This document shows positions 31,921 to 43,186 of a stretch of 64,000 bases of DNA, in pieces. The position numbers and the translations under genes were made by a program. The notes under the pieces were generated by a model. That model ran no database searches. It had not been told where the DNA came from and saw nothing but the letters and a program-made list of their open reading frames with translations. The DNA is taken from the NCBI GenBank assembly GCA_000002445.1, contig CH464491.1, positions 4,064,001-4,128,000 of the forward strand. The letters run 5' to 3'. The stretch is from Trypanosoma brucei (lineage: Eukaryota). How positions within the stretch are numbered: position 1 is the first letter of the stretch; every line of letters starts with the position of its first letter.

Positions 31921-34900
31921 TTACAATTTGATCATTTCCACGACTTGCGTAAGCATAACCTCTACAGAATCTCTGAAACCTAGCAATGTGACGTTACTGG
32001 GGTCCCGTGACTTGGACACATATATCCAAAGCGGCCCGGAATTGGGCTTAGGTGGTTCAGAGTGCGTTGCGGATTCTGTGGACCCTTTCATGTCTTCCAT
32101 TGCCTCACTGCCGGAGGTTCCGCCAGAACTGCCATTTGCTAACTGTTTCCACAGCCATGCCAACAGCACGCCATTTTGAAGGGCAGTCTCTTCCTCATTG
32201 GATTCATCCTTGACAGTAAGCCCCATCTTTTCCATAACTATCTTCCTGTAGGTGAACATGGATGCAAGCTTAAGCCACAGTGCCACAGCATCGCCACAGC
32301 GACCCTTACTCATTTGGACTGCCTTCATTGCTTGCTCCAGTGCTTTTTCATGCCTTCCTGCTGCGTGGTACAACTTTGCAACCGATGAAAACACAAGGGG
32401 GTCACGTACGCGCCAGTGTTGCACTGCCTGAGCAGCTGCACGCCCTCGCGTCGCGGGGTTTTCCAAGTCAATGGAAAGTGCCACGAGTTCCCCCACCGAA
32501 ACCGTAAAGCAGCCGTCAACCTTAGGAAGTTGCTGAAGCACCTCCTTCACGGTTTCAAGGGCCGTCTCGCTACCGGCATGCCGCAATTCAACATGACATC
32601 TCGCCAGCCCAAAAGTCGCACGCACCTCAGCCCGTTTTGTGCTGCCATTGTGATGAAGATGTTGGCACCCTTTTTCGCACACGACAAGCCCCTCCAGGAG
32701 TAGGGCTCTAGCGGCCCCGGCGTCACTAAACAAATTGGACTCTAGCTTCACTGCCGCGTAGCACCATATGGTAGGGGAGAGTCGGCAGTGCTCTGACGAT
32801 AGTGCTTTACCGTATACCCTACGCAGTCCATTGATAGTGGGCGCAGTACTGGAACCGCGCGCCATAGCGTCCTCCAGCAGCTGCTGCGCTTTCATTCCTT
32901 CAGCCTCCAATCTCATAAGCCACAGCCGTTCAGACGTGGGAAAGTGAACAAGTGCTTCATCAAGCAGAGGCACGATGTCCTCACGATTACTGCGGCGGTG
33001 TACTGCCAACTTCACCCAGGCGATATCTGAGTCAGACGGATCTATGGCCGTCCCTTTCAGAAGGAGTTCCTCCGCCCCTTTGCGGCAGCCCATGGCCATT
33101 TTTGTCTTCGCCGCAGCTGTAAAAAGAAGCGCATTCACCGGATACCGCGTGATGGCGAGCATCAAAACACGGTGTGCCCCGTCGTAGAAGTGATGGTCAT
33201 AAAAAACCTTTGCAACAGAAAGCATCACATCGATTGTGTTGAACGCGGGAGCACGGAACAACGTATATAGTAGTACCGATACAAGCGGCAACGGAAGACA
33301 CTGCGAAGCGGCGGTGGCTGAGGTTGAACAGGTTGGCGGCGCTGCCTGGATGGTAGCCACTGGCCTTCCCAACTCCTCTTCTTCTTCCTCCTCCTTTATC
33401 CCTTCCTTTTTCATGCCGTCTTCTACTCTGCTCGTGTATGACACGGTAGTCGAAGAAATGTACCTCGTCACAGCAGAAACCGCAGTCTCTAGTGATGTGA
33501 AGGGTGCTGAGCGGAGAGCAAATCCTATAATTTGCACGTCCTTCTCTGTCACTGCTTCATTTGTCCCTTTTACTGCGGCATCACGGCCAATGAGCATTGT
33601 GGCCCATGCGGCACAGAGGACATCATGTGCCCTCCACATATCAGGAACAAGGGCCGCCAAATCCTCAAGCCATGTAACCGGGATAGTAAGAGTTGCCGCT
33701 CCCGTATCACAAACGAAGTGCAAGAGCATGTACGCAGAAGTTAATATGTAACGCTCAGATACAGCCACTCGGGCTGCGTCAAGCCACTCGGTTCTCGATT
33801 TTTCTTCGTCCATTAGGAGAAAACGCTGAGCTGCCTGTCGCACCAGTGAGTGGATCTTCGCATTATGTAACTGCTCGTTGCCTCCCTCTTTTTCACTGCC
33901 TACCTGACCCCTGAGATGAAACTCCTCAAACTTCGCACCCTCAATAATGATTTTCATTGACGGATGCTCTGCAGCCGCGGCATTGAAAATAGCCTTCCCA
34001 CGTTCGTAGTCCTCTAGCCGCGCCAACATTGCCCAAAGTGACGGAAGGGTAGGAGTAACCTCAAGTGCCTTACGAATAATTTTCCTCTGATCCCGCGGTG
34101 CAGTAACATAACCTAATATACGAAGCCAAAGACTTTCGCTTGCAGGACAGGCCATTACAGCTTTCTGCAACCAGTGGAGCTGTTCGTGTGGCGGTTGGTA
34201 TTGCAGCAGTAAAAACCAAAGCTCTTCACACGTTTTGCATGCTGCTACAGCCTGCTCTAGCAGCTGTCGTTGGGCTGCTGGATCGTTAAGATGCTGGAGT
34301 TGCTCTTTCCAAATAAGTGGGCCTTTACTTCCGGTTAGTCTTGATCCTTCCACTAACGTTTGTTGAGCCTTCTTTGTCATACCCATTTCACGGAGTGCGC
34401 GAGAATGTGTAATCCACGTCGTTTGCTCCGATGAAGAGCCCATGTTAAGAATATTTTCCAGCGTCTGATTCGCTGCGAGGGCTCTGCCACGCAATAGATC
34501 ACTTGCTGTCACCACGGCAGTTTCATCATCGAAAGCGTATCCGTCCACAACGTCCATATCTTCTGTACGCGCCTTGCGTTTCACCAGTGATTGATTGGAA
34601 GCACCACTTCCCACTGTTGCGATATCCTCCATCGAAAGCAAGAGTTTTGGTTTCTTACCCTCACGAGATGTGGCTCCACCCTTCACATCCTCCCTCCTAC
34701 GCTTGTGACGGCGCTCCTCGAGACGATCAAGCGCATCAAGCATGGCACTCTGCTCACCACCTAACGCCAACAGCGGGGCAGAGACGCCCGTCGTCGCACT
34801 TAACTCTGCTGAAGTGATGAATGCCTTTGCACCACGGCCGATACCATATTGGTATCCACGCGGTGGGAACGGCGATCGCCAATCATACTTGGCTAATACC

Positions 34901-34950
34901 TGCTCGTATTTATCCACCTTAGTGGAAAGGACAGGTGCCGCAGCGCTCAT
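31921..34950 (-). CDS. PRP6: Pre-mRNA-processing factor 6 (U5/tri-snRNP PRP6; PRP1_N motif plus HAT/TPR repeats)
   Basis: The ORF track starts at a GTG (34965); the ATG is at 34950 (MSAAAPVLST…), giving 1009 aa. PRP1_N signature PPRGYQYGIGRGAKAF (compare human PAPLGYVPGLGRGATGF). HAT repeats with W-L-x-x-A-x-L-E periodicity (SLWAMLARLEDYERGKAIF and others), colinear with human PRPF6. Confidence 0.75.
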   Translation of the reverse strand: MSAAAPVLSTKVDKYEQVLAKYDWRSPFPPRGYQYGIGRGAKAFITSAELSATTGVSAPLLALGGEQSAMLDALDRLEERRHKRRREDVKGGATSREGKKPKLLLSMEDIATVGSGASNQSLVKRKARTEDMDVVDGYAFDDETAVVTASDLLRGRALAANQTLENILNMGSSSEQTTWITHSRALREMGMTKKAQQTLVEGSRLTGSKGPLIWKEQLQHLNDPAAQRQLLEQAVAACKTCEELWFLLLQYQPPHEQLHWLQKAVMACPASESLWLRILGYVTAPRDQRKIIRKALEVTPTLPSLWAMLARLEDYERGKAIFNAAAAEHPSMKIIIEGAKFEEFHLRGQVGSEKEGGNEQLHNAKIHSLVRQAAQRFLLMDEEKSRTEWLDAARVAVSERYILTSAYMLLHFVCDTGAATLTIPVTWLEDLAALVPDMWRAHDVLCAAWATMLIGRDAAVKGTNEAVTEKDVQIIGFALRSAPFTSLETAVSAVTRYISSTTVSYTSRVEDGMKKEGIKEEEEEEELGRPVATIQAAPPTCSTSATAASQCLPLPLVSVLLYTLFRAPAFNTIDVMLSVAKVFYDHHFYDGAHRVLMLAITRYPVNALLFTAAAKTKMAMGCRKGAEELLLKGTAIDPSDSDIAWVKLAVHRRSNREDIVPLLDEALVHFPTSERLWLMRLEAEGMKAQQLLEDAMARGSSTAPTINGLRRVYGKALSSEHCRLSPTIWCYAAVKLESNLFSDAGAARALLLEGLVVCEKGCQHLHHNGSTKRAEVRATFGLARCHVELRHAGSETALETVKEVLQQLPKVDGCFTVSVGELVALSIDLENPATRGRAAAQAVQHWRVRDPLVFSSVAKLYHAAGRHEKALEQAMKAVQMSKGRCGDAVALWLKLASMFTYRKIVMEKMGLTVKDESNEEETALQNGVLLAWLWKQLANGSSGGTSGSEAMEDMKGSTESATHSEPPKPNSGPLWIYVSKSRDPSNVTLLGFRDSVEVMLTQVVEMIKL

Positions 34951-35309
34951 CCCTAATAACAGCACGCACTGGTACCACTACTTCGTGAACTGATTCTCAC
35001 AAAGCGCTACCAAACCATGGAGAAAGGCGTGGTGAGGGGAAACAATGAAAAGGGACAACGCAGCGCATGTTCGCAATGGCAAGTAATTCCCACCCAATGA
35101 AGAGGAGCAAATACATAATAACAGTGACGATGACAATAATGATTTTTTTTGTTTTTATAAATTATAACGACCGCAGGCACCGGTAGCGTAAGCTACCAAA
35201 AAAAAAACGATAAAAGGAATGTTATTTTCCTCCCTTCCCATTCTCAAATGAAATGATGAGAAACTAAAAAGTAACCATCCCCTCCCCCCAGAGACCGACC
35301 CATGGGTTC

Positions 35310-35795
35310 TTACTGAGGTCGTAAGTCTTCCTCGTAGTCATCATCAAACATACTCCGCCGTTTGTCCAAAGATACACCACTGCGGTCTATCTTTTCCTCC
35401 AGCATCCTATTGAGCGCTAAACCTTGCCAGAACACATAACCAATCATAAGGACATACATCCAATAAAACACTCTAAAGTCGATTTTCTGCAGCGGTCCTT
35501 TCCACTGCGCGTACCGAATAAGAGACTCCCGCAACACATTGGTATCCACGTCGCGAAAATCCTCCGGGTTCACCTTTCCCTTATTGATACGTGCCTGACG
35601 TATGTAACGCCGCATTGCTCCGTAAGCTCCATGTGTGTACATGAAGAATTTGGGGCAGTCCATAACCAAGTAAACTGCATCACGCGCTGCGCAGTGCACT
35701 TTGTTACCTATTGGGTCCCATACGGTAAAAGTACGTACATCATGCTGTAGCGATGTGCCTACTCTTTTAACAAAATTTGTGATGCTTGTCGACAT
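35310..35795 (-). CDS. Hypothetical small protein with C-terminal transmembrane helix
   Basis: 161 aa, ATG start. TM segment FRVFYWMYVLMIGYVFWQGLAL. No recognisable domain. Confidence 0.4.
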   Translation of the reverse strand: MSTSITNFVKRVGTSLQHDVRTFTVWDPIGNKVHCAARDAVYLVMDCPKFFMYTHGAYGAMRRYIRQARINKGKVNPEDFRDVDTNVLRESLIRYAQWKGPLQKIDFRVFYWMYVLMIGYVFWQGLALNRMLEEKIDRSGVSLDKRRSMFDDDYEEDLRPQ

Positions 35796-36195
35796 ACCCC
35801 TAATTTGCTGGTTGTGTCTTTACGCTTGGTTTACCGTACCAGCCTCCCTGACCCCCTCCAGAAGCGACAATAACAGGACGGGTTCGCACAGTTTGCCCTT
35901 TTTGACTTTCAATTTTTCTGTAAGCGACGACGGTGAGGGTACTATCACTACTACGAAAGAGGAGGCAACGACAAAAAAAACATATGAAAGAGGTCGTACG
36001 ATGGAGTGGAGCAGGGATCAGTGACAGATTAACTTAAGTAATCAAAGCATAGATACCCCAAGTGAGGACAGGCAGGGTATAGACAGTGAGATCTGCTAAT
36101 TTCTCAGTGTATATTACATGGAGTGGCCAGCATAACTAATGCGCTCCACCTCACGAACCAACGGAAAACAGAGCAATGATCGCCAAGGGGCAAAA

Positions 36196-37737
36196 TCACG
36201 CACAGATAAACTGCCACAACTGACGTTCAATATCAACAACGACAACCGACTGTCCGTCATCGATGGTCAAGCAATCGGTGTAGAAGTCAGATTGAACAGC
36301 TGCCTGGGTGTCAGTACCTCTCCTCTTCTCAAACACGACAGTGCCGTTACGCAATTTGTACTTGAGGTACAATGGGCCACCACCTTCTTCGTTTAACGGC
36401 GCCGTGGTTGAGTAAAAGGACGAATTGTGAGGCCAGTTCAATGCCAGTGATACGTGTGTTCCTGGTCGCACATCCAAAGCAAAGGATGGTTCCAACGGCC
36501 CAACAAAAAAGTTCTCCTTAAGTTCCCTGCACTGAGTTTCAATGACCTCCATCGTCACCGCGTCCGCCAAACGTAGGGCTCCCACAGCACCGCCCTCGAG
36601 GCCAGTTTCAAAACAGTTGGTCAAAAAACGCAACGCAGCCTCATAGTACGCCGGCTCAACGCGGAGAGTGGTGGCACGGAGGGAAGATGCCTTCTCTTTC
36701 CAGAGGTTGCTTGTGTCTTCACATCCGCCTGAACCGAGAGGAAGCAGAAATGCCGGTGGTGGACGGGTTTTCAATAACCAATGCAGGCCAAGTACCCGCC
36801 AGCGCCCACTCTGCAGCAACTCCCACGTAAAATCCACTGCCAGTACATGCTTCACAATCATTCGTACAACACCATTATCTGTGAATGGGAACTCAAACCA
36901 GCGTAACTGCCCCTCCAAATTCTCCCGTTTCATCGCTTCACTGGGAATAAATCGCACACCCTCAGCGCGCAAGAGACCCTGAAGATGTTCAACGGTACTA
37001 AAAAGTGAAGGCCACTCCCGAAGTAGTTCCGCTTTCGTGTCTAACCTATAAAACGACCCAAACATCTCCCGCTCCGCTTCAACGTTGAGATCCGCAAACT
37101 CTCTCACGGCAGGTGACACAAATGGTCGCATCTCGCCTTCACCACCTTCTTGGGACAACGTCGGGGTATGAAAAACATCAGGGAATAAAGCCACCCGAGC
37201 TGTATATAAGGCAAACCGCCGCTTACGTTGTGAGGTAGCTAACCGAGAGTATACCGTGCCACGTCGTTCGGTTTTGCCCTCAACAATCGCTGCATCACGA
37301 GGTCGTTTATCCTTTCTTCGAAAAATAATTTTTGTATTGTGCCCAAATAATTCCAATGCCGCTTCCGCTAACGAAACGGGCTTTCCAAGTGGTTGAACCG
37401 TGAGCTCCCGTCTCTGTCCTTCTCTTCCCATTGGCGCTGAGCCGATGTCTGGGAGCCCAGTGAATTCATGAATAAGATGACCCAAACCTCTCAGGGCAAC
37501 TTCTATGGGTTTGGGTGACTCGCAACCTCCTAAAGTGGCATTCCCCCCTTCGGCTGAAGACTGTCGGTGCGCGCTCTCGCGAATGATCCGAAGAATCACA
37601 CAAATGCGCTTGGCCTGGCAATCCAGTTCGTTTATATCCTCCTCGAACTCATCCGATATATCGTGTGCGGCACCCAGGGCCTGAGATGTGTAGTCTGCCA
37701 GCACCTGCAGTAAATTATTGGGAATCCTGAAGGACAT
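36196..37737 (-). CDS. Hypothetical protein
   Basis: The ORF-track start (37782) is a GTG inside a (CA)n microsatellite. The first ATG is at 37737 (MSFRIPNNLLQV…), giving 513 aa. No recognisable motif. Confidence 0.5.
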   Translation of the reverse strand: MSFRIPNNLLQVLADYTSQALGAAHDISDEFEEDINELDCQAKRICVILRIIRESAHRQSSAEGGNATLGGCESPKPIEVALRGLGHLIHEFTGLPDIGSAPMGREGQRRELTVQPLGKPVSLAEAALELFGHNTKIIFRRKDKRPRDAAIVEGKTERRGTVYSRLATSQRKRRFALYTARVALFPDVFHTPTLSQEGGEGEMRPFVSPAVREFADLNVEAEREMFGSFYRLDTKAELLREWPSLFSTVEHLQGLLRAEGVRFIPSEAMKRENLEGQLRWFEFPFTDNGVVRMIVKHVLAVDFTWELLQSGRWRVLGLHWLLKTRPPPAFLLPLGSGGCEDTSNLWKEKASSLRATTLRVEPAYYEAALRFLTNCFETGLEGGAVGALRLADAVTMEVIETQCRELKENFFVGPLEPSFALDVRPGTHVSLALNWPHNSSFYSTTAPLNEEGGGPLYLKYKLRNGTVVFEKRRGTDTQAAVQSDFYTDCLTIDDGQSVVVVDIERQLWQFICA

Positions 37738-37764
37738 TTTCAATGCGACAAATATCACAGTGCA

Positions 37765-37792
37765 ACACACACACACACACACGCACGCACGC
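37765..37792. repeat. (CA)n / (CACG)n microsatellite
   Basis: acacacacacacacacgcacgcacgcgc. Confidence 0.9.
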
Positions 37793-39816
37793 GCTACTGC
37801 TCTCTTTCACCTTTTCTCCCTTCAACACGGTCCTCGCTTGGACTACACTTTGCCGTCACCACTTCCGTAATTTGAACAGTATAAATGATAACAACGATAA
37901 CAGTACTGACAATAGAAACAGTGGAAAGAGGAGATAAGGAAATTTGACGACGCGACTTCCTGTGTTTTTTTTATTATATTGCATATGGCGCACGTATCAC
38001 AATAACCGGAACGGCGTGAATAAACTATTTAAAAATATATATGAAAAATTAGCCTGTTAGTACAACGAAAGCTTTTTCCTTCAGCCCACTGGAATCAACC
38101 CTTTACAAATCGGTGTATAAAATTATGCTTCGCAACGGCGCCTGCTTCTCTCACCCCTTTTTTTTCTTAGCACTTCGTAAAACTTCTGGCGAAAAGTGTC
38201 CAACTTTGCCCATCCCCCTTCCAACTAATCCACAACAAGCCCACAAAAGGAAAAAGAGATAATAACTTTTTTTTCAAACAAAATAAAAAAGGAAAAAAAT
38301 GGAAAATTGGGCGGTTACATATATATATATATATATAGTATGTTCTATGTTTCTCATTTATCTTTCTTTTTTTCCCCTCCTTTACATTTATGGGGAGTAC
38401 AACTGTTCAAAAAAAAAAAAAGAAATAGTCAGCAACGGTAGGGGGGCACTGCGAAATATGAAGTGAATATTAGGAGATGGGTGACGTAGGGCTCGTATCA
38501 TTGTGTTCAACTGCAGCAACAAAACGAAGATAAGACGGAAATTTTCCTATGAGGAAGGATGAGGAATTCACTTTCACCTAACTCAGTGAAGGTACAACAA
38601 CTAAAAGATAAAAAAGAAAAAATAAACAGGACAAACAAACAAACAAACAAAAAAATGGAACAAACTTGTTGTATTATACGTTTTCTTTACCTTCCACCGA
38701 CCCTCAGGACATCTAACTCACTCCTATGCGCACATTAAAAGTTTGTTTTGTCCTTTTATTTTATTTTCTTTTTTTCTCCATTCATTATTTTCATTCACTG
38801 ATTTCCCACCCTATTTACACCTTTAAATGCCGTTACCGTATACCACATAATGATTTGCCACGCGATTTGGCAAGGAAGTGAGGTGAAGGGGGAAATAGGC
38901 GAATGGGATTAAAAAAAAAAAAGGGCAGCCGCTTTGCACCGATACAATTGAGTTTTTTTTTTTTTTAACGGAAAATAAAGTGCGGAAAAATGACGGTGCA
39001 CGTACCAGCACAAACAAAACGCGTGTGTGTTGCCGGAGGAGAAAAGTAAAATAACCCAAAATAAAATAAAGAAAGCTCAACAGGTGCCGTAGCAACAGTT
39101 TTTTTTTTTTTTTTGGGGGGGATTTCCTCAATTTTTACCTCCTTTGCTTTTCTCGAAAGGTCGGATCTCCTGCACATATTTAGCCGAGATTGAGAAGACC
39201 ACACTAAAGGAAAATACAAGGAGAATAAAGAAAAAAAAAAGAAAGCCAAGAAAGAAAGAAACAAAATCAAGGGGGTGGGGGAGCGCAGGAGGTAAGGAGA
39301 GCACCAGATGGAAAAATAAAAGATTCAAAAAGGACGTAAAACAAACAAAAATAAGAATAATAAGAACAAAAATAATAACCTGCAACTGATGATAGACGTC
39401 TCACTGGGTGCTTTACTAACAAATAAGTAACTATATAAACAAAAACATAAAGGTTTAATCAATTAGTCCCCTTCGTTCCTTCCTTTCCTTTCTTTCGACT
39501 GGCCCTCAACCGTTCCGTCACGAATCATCATATAAATTTATTTTCGCAGAAAGTAACTGTTTCAACCCTTTATTTTGCTTCTATTGTTTTTTTCTATTAT
39601 TATAATAATAATATATATATGTATTTTTTTTCTGTTCAAGTATCATTTCAACCAATGGCTAACTCGTACGGAAAACGTTGTCATTACCGTGCGTCAGTTC
39701 GTCTATTTCGCTAACCCTTGTAACAATGCATAAATATATACGTATACATATAATCAATTTAAATATCTGATCTCAAGAATAAAAAACAGAGTGAAATAAC
39801 AAGGAATTTTACTATA

Positions 39817-39851
<35 letters not shown>

Positions 39852-40886
39852 GATCAGGTCAATATCATGATTTCGTTGAGAATCCATTGAGTAAATGATT
39901 TCCTTTGATATAGAGAAGTTGATGCGATGTTTTATATTTATTTATACATGTCGCCGCTTCATCCTTTGCAAAGCACCTCCTTTTACCTTCTCTCCTTTCT
40001 CCTAATTGCTACCAACATAATAGTTGTTATTTCAATTGTTCTTCCGTTTTGGTTCCCGCTGAAACGAAACAAAGTTAATTAATTTCCTCCATTTATTTTG
40101 ATTTATGAAGTTTCCCGCGACAATCAAAAAAAAAAAAAACACAAGACTCTCTTTCTTTCCTGCAATCATAAAGTGACTAATTTAATCTTTATTTATTATA
40201 TTTCCCCCTTCTCTGTAGCTCCTTCTTCATGGAAATTATTATTCATTATCATTGGTGCCTTTTATTATGATTCACCAGTGGTGCACAACAGTCGTTGCGA
40301 TATTTGAGGCTTACCACTGGGAAAAGGTAAAACAACACATACAAAAAGAGAGATACAATGATGGCATTGATGGTGGCGGTGGAACAAGGTGATTAAAAAA
40401 AAAAAACAATAAACGAAAAGTAAAAAAAAAGCAGGAAGTGATACAACACAGTGCCACGAATACCAAAAACGCATTCGTAGACGCGTAGAGGTCGAACTAA
40501 CGTCGCGCACGTAAAGGAGAGAGAGAAAAAAAAAAGAAGGAGAGTACAGAGACGAGGGTAAATGAGAACGACAGTGGAGGGTATAAAGACGAATGCGTGT
40601 ACGCGCGGGTGAAGAAGGAAGAAAAGGGAAAGGGAAAGGAAGTGAAGAGAAGTGAGGGAAGGGAAGGGAAGGAAAAGCACAGCGATGAGGAAAATAAGTT
40701 GAAACGAAACAGATGGGCCGAAGGAAAATGTTGTAGGGATAAACAGACAAAAAAGTCTGTGCATACGCACTCTTACACCTGTGCATGAAACTTATCCCGT
40801 GTGCACAGCGGATATCCTAGACCACAATGACACGCCTACATTAAAGAGTCAAATATGATTAAAATAACCGTCCTGCTTCCCTTGAG
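37783..40886. other. 3.1-kb ORF-poor, AT-rich low-complexity island inside the same-strand gene array
   Basis: The only ORFs of 100 aa or more are low-complexity poly-F/L/K translations. It carries (TA)n at 38321-38339 and 39814-39848, (CAAA)n at 38631-38660, poly-T/poly-G at 39091-39120, and several purine-rich plus-strand tracts (38561-38660, 39221-39300, 40596-40700), which are polypyrimidine on the coding strand. Confidence 0.6.
39814..39848. repeat. (TA)n microsatellite
   Basis: tatatatttatatatatatatatatatatatatata. Confidence 0.9.
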
Positions 40887-43004
40887 TTACACCACACTCG
40901 ACCGCCGCCACTGAGGAGTTGCCTCCAACATTGTTTCATCCTCTTTCCATATGGGAAAGCGTGGCGTCTCGGATAGAATAACTGGATGCATGTTGGGCAA
41001 CCGGTACTCGCTCCACAATGAGTTTGGTGATGGGGTCAAAAGCGGCTGCGTGTCCAGCAACGGGTCTCGGGTTTCCACTGAACTAAGCGGTTGCATGAGC
41101 TGTAACACGAGTTCGTGCATTTGTCGCTCTATTCTATGCTTACGGAGCACGTCTACGAAATTGACTCGGTTGAGCTCCCACACTTCTGTTCCATCATCAG
41201 GTGCAACAATGCTACACGTCCACGGGTGACGTCGCACACAGGTGTAGCCAACGATGCTTCCATCAGGAACGCGTGGCAGACTCGCCCACTCCCTTGCCTG
41301 CACAGTGCCTTCCGCATTACGTTGCACTACACCTTCGTCTTCCACTACAACTGCACCGCCTTGGCAGAAAAGAATGACGGAGTTGCACTCACTTCCACGC
41401 TCCACGATGCATTGCCCCGCTTCGTATCTCATCAATTTAAAACGTGCTGCGCAATCCGTATAGAAGCTGTCATGGGGACCGCAGAGACCCACCAACGGCA
41501 TTTTCCGCAACTGCTCTATAAAAAATGGTGAAACATTCACTCGGTCTGTTTTGTTATCGCGCGGTCGGAAGACATGGCTGGCGATGGAATTGTTGGCAAT
41601 TGTAACACGTTTACTGAAAACACCTGCAGCACCTTGCCCGCGTTGTATCAACTTAGGCACCTGTGAGGGGCTCAAAACGACAGTTTTGAGTACATCGAGA
41701 GAAGGAGGAACGAAACGCATCCCGTCAAAGCACTTATCGGCAGTCAGACTGATGACTTTAGCAGCGCGATGAATCTGTTGTCGGATATTTTGATCCCGTT
41801 TCATGAACGAAGAAAGAACAGAAAACGGCAGAAGGTAGAGGTCCACATTGGTCAGGGTAAAAAATTTATCGCCTAGTCCCTCATGGAACATGCACTGCCA
41901 TTCGCCAAAGGTATGTCCTTCCGAAAATAATGTGCGGCTCCTTGGTTGTGACGGAGGAGCACCGCCCATGGGAATAACCGCCTCCTCCTGCTGGAGGCAC
42001 ACTACGCCACGCCAAATAAAGAATATGTGTCGGGGAGCTTCCCGTTCTCCTATTTGCACACCAGCGGGCCTTACACGAGGCACGAGATGCTCCATCAACT
42101 GCAACAAATCTCTATCGCTGAGTGACACCAGCAGTGGGCAGATTCGCATACGGTTGCATGTCATACATCCAAAGTGCGGGAGCAGCCGCTCCCTCGTCTC
42201 GAGTGCTTTCATAAGAAGAGATCTGTGAATCTGCGGGGGAAACGATCCTAGCAGGGTGCAGTAGGCGCTTTTTGGTATCCATCCAATCAACACTACAGAA
42301 GACTCCGCCAGTAAGTACTCCGTACAGGGAAAACTCCCTACAGCAGAGCATTCCCCAAGTATAGTCGGGGCAGACAACAACGTGTTCCTCTGAGTTCGCA
42401 GAGCCTCAGACTCAATACTTCCTACACTCATTTTTTCACTGCACTGAGTCGATGGCGTAGCAACAATAGGACCCTCGTCGTCATCGTACGTGATAGAGAC
42501 TTCCACGTGAGAACTAGACAACCTCCTATCGTGTGACACCCTCCCTCTAGTTTGGCTAACAGTTGAGCATTTCTTAACAATACCTTTCGCCACGAATACT
42601 ACCGCGTTTGAGGGTTCTCTGCTGTACTGGATAAACTCACCTCGTAGATATACTCTATAGCTTATAGAATCCAGTAGCCTCTTGAGTTGCTCGTTGTTAT
42701 TCTCTAGTTCATCCACCGCGTTGGATTTTTTTAGGCAGGAACCCAACACGGAACGCTGCCTGAGAGCCCTGAAAAGCAACGGTTCCATTTTCACCTCCTT
42801 GCTCATATCCCTCGCGACTCGTTCCCGATACCACCTGGCAATATATCGACGAGCAATGGGATATAACAACCGCCGTAACGCTGCAAAAGCAATGGCTCGC
42901 ACCTCCTCACGGGTGGCGGACGGGTATTGCATCAGCTGCCATCCGAAAGGTACCGTTACCTGCGAGGCCGCGACACGCCTGGAAGCCGCCCACCTGCTGT
43001 CCAT
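40887..43004 (-). CDS. Hypothetical protein with possible cyclic-nucleotide-binding-like repeats
   Basis: The ORF track starts at a TTG (43022); the ATG is at 43004 (MDSRWAAS…), giving 705 aa. FGE-type segments (GHTFGEWQCMF, LGECSAVGSF) and repeated beta-rich blocks resembling cNMP-binding domains. Weak. Confidence 0.4.
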   Translation of the reverse strand: MDSRWAASRRVAASQVTVPFGWQLMQYPSATREEVRAIAFAALRRLLYPIARRYIARWYRERVARDMSKEVKMEPLLFRALRQRSVLGSCLKKSNAVDELENNNEQLKRLLDSISYRVYLRGEFIQYSREPSNAVVFVAKGIVKKCSTVSQTRGRVSHDRRLSSSHVEVSITYDDDEGPIVATPSTQCSEKMSVGSIESEALRTQRNTLLSAPTILGECSAVGSFPCTEYLLAESSVVLIGWIPKSAYCTLLGSFPPQIHRSLLMKALETRERLLPHFGCMTCNRMRICPLLVSLSDRDLLQLMEHLVPRVRPAGVQIGEREAPRHIFFIWRGVVCLQQEEAVIPMGGAPPSQPRSRTLFSEGHTFGEWQCMFHEGLGDKFFTLTNVDLYLLPFSVLSSFMKRDQNIRQQIHRAAKVISLTADKCFDGMRFVPPSLDVLKTVVLSPSQVPKLIQRGQGAAGVFSKRVTIANNSIASHVFRPRDNKTDRVNVSPFFIEQLRKMPLVGLCGPHDSFYTDCAARFKLMRYEAGQCIVERGSECNSVILFCQGGAVVVEDEGVVQRNAEGTVQAREWASLPRVPDGSIVGYTCVRRHPWTCSIVAPDDGTEVWELNRVNFVDVLRKHRIERQMHELVLQLMQPLSSVETRDPLLDTQPLLTPSPNSLWSEYRLPNMHPVILSETPRFPIWKEDETMLEATPQWRRSSVV

Positions 43005-43164
43005 TGGCTGGTTAACACTCAAACAGTAACAACAACGGCGACGCGCTCACGAACAACACAATACCAGAGCGGAAGAAGGAGGAATGAGGCCGCGGATTGT
43101 GCTGAACGGCCAATGAAATGGCGCGCGAAGGTGCAAAAACACGGCAGAGAGTATGTTCAAGCGT

Positions 43165-43186
43165 GCGTGTGTGTGTGTGTGTGTGT
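43165..43186. repeat. (GT)n microsatellite
   Basis: gcgtgtgtgtgtgtgtgtgtgt. Confidence 0.9.

Noticed and set aside
40265-40786. 173-aa and 125-aa minus-strand ORFs in the gene-poor island
   Set aside because: Their translations are poly-F/L/S/P low complexity derived from purine/pyrimidine-rich tracts (the splice-acceptor-like region), not plausible proteins.
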